This document shows, piece by piece, positions 55,775-64,000 of a stretch of 64,000 nucleotides of DNA. The notes below the pieces were generated by a model, which searched no databases, was not told where the DNA came from, and saw only the letters and a list, made by a program, of their open reading frames with translations. The stretch is from the NCBI GenBank assembly GCA_000004985.1, contig GG738862.1; one strand, given 5' to 3'. The DNA comes from Naegleria gruberi. Taxonomy: Eukaryota. The position numbers and the translations under genes are program-made. Every line of letters begins with the position of its first letter. Position 1 is the first letter of the stretch.

Positions 55775-57353
55775 TTATTGTTGATGTTAATGTTGGATGT
55801 AGTAGTTGTTGTATATATATATTAATTGATTATTTCATGAATTGGATGTTGTGTTGTTTTTTTCATTTTATGAAATATACAGGTTTTGGCGCCATGCAAC
55901 TACAAGTTCACGGTTTAGCTAATTTTGGGTTGTTTAACTGCGCACCTGTTTGAGGGAATCAAGGCTAACTGTAGAAATATATCTAGAACTGGTTGATCAT
56001 CCTTTGAATTCATTTTACATCTCCAATAATTCAAAATAATAACCTTCTTTCCAAGCAATTATTTAATACATCATCAATTACAACAAATGAGTCAGTTATG
56101 GAAATATTATCATTTATTGTGGAAGCAAAGTTAAACAAAACTCAATCACAAAGTTTGATTTAAATCAACTTCACAAGTTATTACCTCCTTGTAATCTTCC
56201 AAATCATACTTCAAGAGTTTACTTTTGTGAAGAATCAGTTTCAAAACATTCTCAAACAATTTGTGAAATATTTGATATTAACAAATTCTAGACCCCTAGA
56301 AAGACATGAAAAGGAAGTAATTTCAGATTTATTGTGCCTTGACAATGAATATTAGATTCGTACTAACAGAAGATTCAAGCTAGGACAACTCCAGTATTTG
56401 GACATGAGCCGAATAATTTAACAGATTGAAATAATGAAAGTTGCTTCAAGCTAACACCAAGGTGAAAAGTCCTTTGTTTAAAATTGATATTATTACTTAT
56501 AATAAGTTGATACAACTATATTGTTACCATTATCTGGTGTCATGTTTGGGACGGTATAAGAGGATGTCCAAAACTAAAATACACTTTAAAACTAGAAGGC
56601 TGCAGATTACAATAGGTTTACATGCATTTTGCGCTGAATGTTTGACAGGCGATAAAATAAGTAGATGATATCTAGATACACATTATACTGTTGTATTTCA
56701 ACATACATATACATACATTCAACAACTGTTGATTACCGTACAATCTAGTGATAATTACAAGTATCAACTAGGATAAACACTACCGCGACATAGATACCAT
56801 GTACTTCACAAGAAAATGATTTATCACTGAATATTGGTGCCGTAAGCGAGTGTATGCATATTTAGTGTATGTCCAACTTAGAGTGTATCTTATATAACAT
56901 ACTATATCTAATACAGTTATGGTATTGGAATAGCCATTCTTCTCGGGTTGACAATATTAGCTCAAGGTTTACTCTAGGGTGCACCAAAATTAAGTTTTCA
57001 GGATATGAGATGTTTGCTTTGAACTACTAGTACAAAACAACCCTATCAGTTGTTTTACTCTCTAGTTTGGAATACTTGTATTACAGGAATCTTCGAAGAG
57101 TATTTGGCAATTTTTTGTTATATATACTATTTCTTGTATTCAGAGAACCTGCCACTAACGAATTCTTGTCAATTAATAACCACAATATTTCAATCACTTC
57201 TTTTCACCTACGACCACAAAGGAAGATTGGTTAATAGCATTCTCTAGAAACATTTCTTGTGGTCAGCTTGTGTCGTTCTTTGCCAAAGAAGGTTACATCA
57301 ATTCCTAAATTGCGCTATTAGGATAAATTCCATTCTGAAAAGTTTTAAAAAAC

Positions 57354-59918
57354 ATGTCATTACACGATGATCAATTATCCTCCTCTATTACAACTCCCCA
57401 ACAAGATGATGATATTAATAATAAAGATATTGTTGATGAATTGAATAAATATGATATTAATAATAATAATATATTTGGTTATAATAAACAAATAAATAAA
57501 AAACAAATTATATATGGATGTGGTGATGGATTTTGGAAGAAACAAACCGATATAATATCAATTACTAAATTAACAAATTTTGATAAAATAGATTATTTAC
57601 AAAATTATATATTAAATGATAAAATAATTAAATTTAAATGTAAAGATCAATTATGTATATTTCTTACTAGTAATGGAAATGTATATAAAATGGGACAATG
57701 TACATTTATAAATAATTGTACAAATATTCCAACATTAATTAATAATTTTAAAAATGATAAAATTATTGATTTTTCNNNNNNNNNNNNNNNNNNNNNNNNN
57801 NNNNNNNNNNNNNNNNNNNNNNNNNNNNNNNNNNNNNNNNNNNNNNNNNNNNNNNNNNNNNNNNNNNNNNNNNNNNNNNNNNNNNNNNNNNNNNNNNNNN
57901 NNNNNNNNNNNNNNNNNNNNNNNNNNNNNNNNNNNNNNNNNNNNNNNNNNNNNNNNNNNNNNNNNNNNNNNNNNNNNNNNNNNNNNNNNNNNNNNNNNNN
58001 NNNNNNNNNNNNNNNNNNNNNNNNNNCTTTTATAGAATATAAAAAAAATGGTAAATATCAAGTTGACTATTTTTATACTTTAAATTTTACAAATATTACT
58101 AAAATAGTAAAAGAATGTAATAAAAATAAAAATATATTTATTAATAATAATAAAATACAAGATATTAAAGATATTCAATGTAATGGTATTAATACTATAA
58201 TTATTTATAATGATAATACAAATATATTATCTCCTTTATTTAATGATTATTATAATCCAATTAAAAATGAAATTATTTTAAATAAAGTTTATAATAATTT
58301 TATTTTTGAAAATGTATATCAAAAATTAATTTTAAATGAATATCAAATTTTATATTTAAATAATAATAATGAATGTAAATTTATTGATTATAATGGTAAT
58401 TTATTTAAAATGGATAATATTATAAATATGGAAAGTGGTACATTTCATAGTTTTTTACAAACTATTGATAATAAATTTTATTCATTTGGATCTAATGAAT
58501 TTGGTGAATTAGGATATAATAAGAAATTTAATGAATTAAAACAAGTTGAATTACCATTTACTATTAAGGAAGGTGATAATGTTCAAATTTGTTGTGGTAA
58601 AAATTTTACTATTTTAATACATGAAACAGATAATGATGAAATATTTAAAATTAATAATTTAATTGTAACTGATAATTTTAATTTTAATTATGAAATTAAT
58701 TCAAATTTTTATTTAAATTTAAATTTATTAAAAAATATTTCCAATGATTTTTATAATTTAATTACAAATAATAATATAATTGAATATTTAAATGAAAATG
58801 ATCAAAAAGCATTATATTATTTAATTAAAAATGCATTAATTAATTTAAATAATTTAACTAATTTAGATGAATTATTTATTAATTATGATAAATTTATAAA
58901 ATTAATTTCCTTTAATGAAATTGAATTAAATTTAGTAACATGTCTATTTATATTAAATGATATAAATGATATTAATAATGAAATTAAATTATTATTATTT
59001 AATGATCTATCAAATAGAATTAATATTGATAATATTATGAATATTTTACAAAAAGTTAATAATTATCTTTCTTTAAATATTTTAAAACAATCTAAAAATA
59101 GTATTTTATTATTATTAGCAAATAAATGTTTAGCATTTATTAAAGAAAATGAAAAATTATTAAAATCAGAAAAATTATTTGAAATTATTAAAGATAAATT
59201 ATTAAATATTAAAAAATCATTTAAACAAATTATTTATAAAATTGATAATATTACTACTATAAATGGAATTGATAATAATATTAAAAATATAAATGAATCA
59301 TTAAAATTATTATATAATAATAATGAAAATAATGATATTAAAATTATAATTGATGAAAATTCAAATGAAATATTATATTTACATAAAAGTATATTATCTA
59401 TTCATAGTCCAGTTTTAAATATTTTATTTAAAAATTTAAATATTAATGAAATTAATTTATATGAATTTATTGAAATGATGATATCAGATGAATGGATAAT
59501 TAATTTATTTAAATATTCAAATAAAATTAATGAAATATTAAAAATAATATTTAAATTATGTTATGGATATAAATTAAATAATTTAAATTTAAATAATTTA
59601 ATTGGTATTTTAATTATTTCACAACAATTAGATATTACATGGTTAATTAAATATACATGTAATTTAATTATTGAAAAATTTAATGAAATTAATGATACTG
59701 AATTTATTTTATTACTAAATTTAGTATCAATTTCACAAAATAATAATAATTGTAAAGAATTTGTTGAATATTTTAAAATATTTTGTTCAAATAATTTATC
59801 ATTTGATTATTTACAAAAAATACAATCAGTTTGTAAAGATAATCAATCATGTGATAATTTTATTAAAATTATTATTGATTATTATTTAAGAGTACATACT
59901 ATAAATAGAAAATATTAA
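57354..59918 (+). CDS. RCC1-repeat + BTB/POZ-domain protein (RCBTB-like). It contains an assembly gap.
   Basis: The N-terminal part has RCC1-like blades ('IIYGCGDGFW', 'FGSNEFGELGYN', 'VQICCGKNFTILI'). The C-terminal part has a BTB domain ('DIKIIIDENSNEILYLHKSILSIHSPVLNILFKN...INLYEFIEMM'). An N-run at 57776-58026 lies inside the CDS. Confidence 0.55.
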   Translation: MSLHDDQLSSSITTPQQDDDINNKDIVDELNKYDINNNNIFGYNKQINKKQIIYGCGDGFWKKQTDIISITKLTNFDKIDYLQNYILNDKIIKFKCKDQLCIFLTSNGNVYKMGQCTFINNCTNIPTLINNFKNDKIIDFXXXXXXXXXXXXXXXXXXXXXXXXXXXXXXXXXXXXXXXXXXXXXXXXXXXXXXXXXXXXXXXXXXXXXXXXXXXXXXXXXXXXXFIEYKKNGKYQVDYFYTLNFTNITKIVKECNKNKNIFINNNKIQDIKDIQCNGINTIIIYNDNTNILSPLFNDYYNPIKNEIILNKVYNNFIFENVYQKLILNEYQILYLNNNNECKFIDYNGNLFKMDNIINMESGTFHSFLQTIDNKFYSFGSNEFGELGYNKKFNELKQVELPFTIKEGDNVQICCGKNFTILIHETDNDEIFKINNLIVTDNFNFNYEINSNFYLNLNLLKNISNDFYNLITNNNIIEYLNENDQKALYYLIKNALINLNNLTNLDELFINYDKFIKLISFNEIELNLVTCLFILNDINDINNEIKLLLFNDLSNRINIDNIMNILQKVNNYLSLNILKQSKNSILLLLANKCLAFIKENEKLLKSEKLFEIIKDKLLNIKKSFKQIIYKIDNITTINGIDNNIKNINESLKLLYNNNENNDIKIIIDENSNEILYLHKSILSIHSPVLNILFKNLNINEINLYEFIEMMISDEWIINLFKYSNKINEILKIIFKLCYGYKLNNLNLNNLIGILIISQQLDITWLIKYTCNLIIEKFNEINDTEFILLLNLVSISQNNNNCKEFVEYFKIFCSNNLSFDYLQKIQSVCKDNQSCDNFIKIIIDYYLRVHTINRKY
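57776..58026. other. assembly gap (251 N)
   Basis: A run of N characters in the sequence. Confidence 1.
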
Positions 59919-60746
59919 ATTTGATTACCAATCAGATTTATTAGAATTATTTAGTTATTTATTTTTTATTAGAAATTTATATATTGTGTAATGAAATAAA
60001 ATTATGTTGTGTATTTAAAATTCATAAATTATTTTATTACATCTCGGCAGCCATGAAGAATTGAAATTGTATTATATTGAAGATTCATCAATAATATGGA
60101 ATGATGATGATCCATAGTAAATCATATGGATGACATTCAGTAGTGAATCTTGTGACTTGTCATTATATTATCCAATAAATTTAGATATAAATAATCCCTG
60201 AAATGAACTAATTACAATATCGCCAATAATAGATCAATCCCTTCCAAAAAGAATACATTCAATAGGTGATTGTTATCCATTGTATTATAAGTAAACACTT
60301 TCAATCAATGTATTCTTCACCTCAATGAACCACATATCACCTCAGAGACTAGTAAGTTATCCAATTGATCTGGTTATTGTAATAATAATAGTTGTATTAA
60401 TGTGTATATATTGACATTTGTGGATGTAGGTAATTGAGGTAATAGTTTCGCCACAACCTTACTCAAGACCTAATAAAACAACAATCAATTGTAATATTTT
60501 CAATGACAAATTCATCATTCCATATCAATTATGAACAATTCTGCATCTTTTTACAATAGGTGGTCTTTATTAAAACCAAAATAGGACCTAACAAGATTTC
60601 CCAATTGGTATCGTCAGTGCTCAAAATGGATTCCAGCACAAATATTCGCTATTTTCTTCAACTACAAAGGGACATTTTTTATGATTCAATTTAAAAAAAA
60701 ATACAACAATAATAACTGCAAAGATTTCATTTAATAATAACAAAAA

Positions 60747-63647
60747 ATGTCATCCAATCCAAGTAAATTTTGTTACTTTTTTGGTATTGATCCAAAAAGT
60801 GGTCAAAATTTAACAGAAGGTAATCGTAATATGAAAGATTTATTAGGTGGTAAAGGAGCTAATTTAAGTGAAATGTGTAATTTAGGTGTTCCTGTTCCAC
60901 CTGGTTTTACAATTTCAACTGAAGCCAATGTTTTATTTAACAAACATAATAATTATGCTTCTAATATTGAATTGGAAGGTGAAACTAAAGTTACTAAAGA
61001 TCAACTTCCACAACAAATTATTGATGAAGTTAATCAATATTTAACTAAATTAGAACAAGTTGCTGCTAAGAAATTTGGTTCTCTTCAACAAGAAGGTGAT
61101 AGAGTTTTACTAGTTTCTGTTAGAAGGTTTGTTTTTCATCATTCCGATCATTTAATTTTATATTACTTTTTTAATACAATGATTGTATCATACTCACAAT
61201 CAACACTCATCCATACAATCCATACCCAATCCAATATATAATAATATAATATAATAATATAATAATATAAAAAAAACAGTGGTGCAGCAGCATCAATGCC
61301 AGGTATGATGGATACAATTTTAAATTTAGGATTGTGTGATGATAATTTACAATTAATGATTTCCAATTTTGGTGGTAATGAAAGATTTGTATGGGATTCA
61401 TATCGTAATTTAATTCAAATGTTTGGTGATGTAGTGATGGGAGTCAAGTATGAAAAATTTGAAGAAAATATTCAAAAACAAAAAAAGAAGAGAGGTATTT
61501 CATTAGATATTGATTTAACATTGGAAGAAATTAAAGAAATTGTTCAAGATCATAAAGAAACAATTAGAGAAATGACAGGTGAAGAATTTCCACAAGATAC
61601 AAGACAACAAATGTTTAAAGCAATAATAGCAGTATTTCAATCATGGTCAAATAAGAGAGCAATTCATTATAGAAGAATTCATAATATTAGAGGATTGAAA
61701 GGTACAGCTGTTAATATTCAAACAATGGTATTTGGTAATATTGATAAGAGATCATGTTCAGGTGTTTCATTTTCTAGAAATCCATCAACTGGTGAAAATA
61801 AGTTTTATGGTGAATATTTAACACAAGCACAAGGTGAAGATGTTGTTTCAGGTGTTAGAACTCCTGAAAAGATTGAAAATTTATCAATTGAATTTCCACA
61901 ATGTTATAATGAATTAATTAATATTTCACACAAATTAGAAAAACATTATAAGGATATTCAAGATATGGAATTTACAATTGAAATGAATCAATTATACATG
62001 TTACAATGTAGAAATGGTAAAAAATCAGCTGCTGCTGCATTACAAATTTATTGTGACATGTTAGATGAAAATTTAATTACAGAACAAGAATCAATTTTAA
62101 AAATTGATGCATCACAATTAGATCAATTACTTCATAAATATTTAACAGATGAAGAAATTCAAAAACATGAACCATTAGCAAGAGGATTAGCAGCATCACC
62201 TGGTGTTGCAGTTGGTAGAATTGCCTTTACATCTGAACAAGCAATTGAAATGGCAAAAGAAAGAAAAATCAGAGGTGATGTTATTTTAGTGAGAACTGAA
62301 ACTTCACCTGAAGATTTAGCTGGTATGCAAATGTCACAAGGTTTTTTTACAACAAATGGTGGTATTACTAGTCATGCAGCAGTTGTTGCTAGACAGAATG
62401 GTAAATGTTGTGTTAGTGGTTGTTCTGCATTAATTGTAAATGAACATGAAAAGACTTGTACAATTAATGGTATTGATTTTAAAGAGGGTGATATTATTAC
62501 AATTTCAGGTTCAACTGGTTTAGTTTTTAATGGTGCATTGAAAATGAGTGAACCAACAGTTACAGGTGGTAATTTTGGTAGAATTATGGAAATTGAAAAA
62601 AAGTATCGTACAATGGGAGTTTATGCTAATGCAGATACAACATCAGATGCAAAGAGAGCATTAGAATTTGGTGCTGAAGGTATTGGTTTATGTAGAACTG
62701 AACACATGTTCTTTGAAAAGACTCGTATTATGGATATGAGAAGAATGATTTGTGCTACATGTGATGAAAAGAGACAAGATGCAATTACAAAATTGAAACA
62801 ATATCAAAAACAAGATTTTATTGGTTTATTTAATGTAATGGGTGATAGAAAAGTTACTATTCGTTTATTAGATCCACCACTTCATGAATTTTTACCACAT
62901 GAAGAACATGAAATTGAAGAATTAGCTAATTTATTGAATGAAGATATTCATATTATTAAGAGAAGAATTGAAGAATTAACTGAAAAGAATCCAATGTTAG
63001 GTCATCGTGGTTGTAGATTAGGTATTACTTTACCTAAAATTACACAAATGCAAGCAGAAGCAATATTTGAAGCTGCAATTGAAAGTGAAAGTGAAATTGT
63101 TCATGTTGAAATTATGATTCCATTAATTTCATCCATTCAAGAATTGAGACATCAAAAGGAAATTATTGATCGTATTGCACAACGTATTATTTCATCCTCA
63201 TCTTCTCTATCCAATAAGGTTAAATATAGAGTTGGATGTATGATTGAAACACCACGTGCTGCTTTATTAGCAGATGAAATTGCATCCATTTCAGATTTCT
63301 TTAGTGTTGGATCAAATGATTTAACACAAATGACATTTGGTTTTTCAAGAGATGATGCTGAAAAATTCTTAAAAGATTATATTGAAATGGAATTGACTCA
63401 AAATGATCCATTCCAAATATTAGATAATGAAGGTGTTGGTCAATTAATTAAAATGGCAGTACAAAAAGGTAGAAGTGTTAAACCTGAATTAACAGTTGGT
63501 TTATGTGGTGAACATGGTGGTGAAATGAATTCTGTTCAATTCCTTCATACTTGTGGTTTAACTTATGTTAGTTGTTCACCTTTTAGAATTCCAATTGCTA
63601 GAATTGCTGCATGTCAACAATCTATTTTATCTGCTCAAAAGAAGTAA
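60747..63647 (+). CDS. PPDK: pyruvate, phosphate dikinase (PPDK). Exons 60747-61126 and 61280-63647, with a 153-nt intron.
   Basis: The N-terminus reads '[29 protein letters not shown]'. The splice, with a GTTTGT donor after 'LLVSVR' and a CAG acceptor at phase 2, gives '[25 protein letters not shown]', which is a conserved PPDK block. The phospho-His region '[22 protein letters not shown]' and the C-terminal PEP-utilising domain 'GLCRTEHMF...GCRLGI...[14 protein letters not shown]' are present. Confidence 0.9.
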
Positions 63648-63790
63648 CAATTTTTATTATTATGATAATAAATTTAAATTTATAATTCTTAATCATTTTA
63701 CTTGTTATTAGAAGAAAGAGCTTTAAATTAAAATTTTTCTCTGGAACTGAGTTCGATCAACAATCAAATCTGTCAAACTTCACATTAAAA

Positions 63791-64000
63791 AATGTCTAAC
63801 TTTATGGTACAAGCCACCAAGGACGATTGGAAAACAAGAGACTACGTTGAAGATGTGTCCTTGTGTATTCTTCAAGTAACAGAATTTTTAAATAAATTCG
63901 GTAAGTTTCCACCACTAGAGACTAAACCTAACTTTTTATCATCATTACATAATTTATTCATCATCAAATCATCATCACATCATCAATCATATAATTTATA
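63791..64000 (+). CDS. start of an unidentified gene. The first exon runs into a GTAAGT intron at about 63900.
   Basis: ATG in an AAAAATGTC context, then 'MSNFMVQATKDDWKTRDYVEDVSLCILQVTEFLNKF' followed by gtaagt. The gene is truncated by the window end. Confidence 0.3.

Noticed and set aside
55881-55975. A moderately GC-rich segment ('ggcgccatgcaactacaagttcacggtttagc...') inspected as a possible spliceosomal snRNA or other small RNA
   Set aside because: I found no recognisable U1/U2/U4/U5/U6 conserved boxes, no Sm site and no tRNA-like cloverleaf. It is covered only by the generic ORF-free-island finding.
28611-57380. Two unrelated genes (28611 and 57354) both begin 'MSLHDD', raising the idea of a shared N-terminal exon or targeting signal
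   Set aside because: Only 6 aa and about 15 nt are similar and everything after that diverges. 'ATGTC' after an A-rich leader is the general start context here. I take this as coincidence.

Overview
This is a gene-dense, AT-rich nuclear segment from a unicellular eukaryote. It uses the standard genetic code and has very short spliceosomal introns, mostly 44-54 nt with GTAAGT or GTATGT donors; a few reach 125-221 nt. I support about 36 protein-coding genes on both strands and one tRNA-Lys(CUU). Recognisable products include: RCC1-repeat proteins; an M14 carboxypeptidase; the cullin-RING ligase subunit RBX1; a SAPS-domain subunit of protein phosphatase 6; Myb, bZIP and AT-hook transcription factors; a rhomboid protease; a lipin-family phosphatidate phosphatase; the sterol 14-alpha demethylase CYP51; dynactin subunit 4 (p62); an SPX-EXS phosphate-transporter-like protein; an XRN-like 5'-3' exoribonuclease; a DEG/ENaC-type channel; an RCC1+BTB protein; and pyruvate phosphate dikinase (PPDK). 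The most unusual feature is a tandem array, at 29.4-42.5 kb, of six '+'-strand paralogs. Each encodes a two-transmembrane receptor-like protein with a hypervariable glycosylated ectodomain and a conserved C-terminal domain that I read as a regulator-of-G-protein-signalling (RGS) domain. These genes share near-identical nucleotide tracts only in the cytoplasmic domain, which suggests gene conversion. They are interleaved with F-box/RNI-type leucine-rich-repeat (LRR) genes built from 72-bp tandem repeats, and with a roughly 120-bp dispersed repeat. Other oddities: an in-frame TAATAA splitting the SPX-EXS gene; single-nucleotide frameshifts in dynactin p62 and in the LRR array; an XRN-like gene lacking its N-terminal catalytic motif; a rhomboid with GSTS in place of GxSG; and base composition that varies sharply along the window. 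The gene content (DEG/ENaC, CYP51, PPDK, many RCC1/LRR/RGS genes) and tiny introns are compatible with a heterolobosean or similar amoeboid protist. I cannot confirm the taxon without searches.
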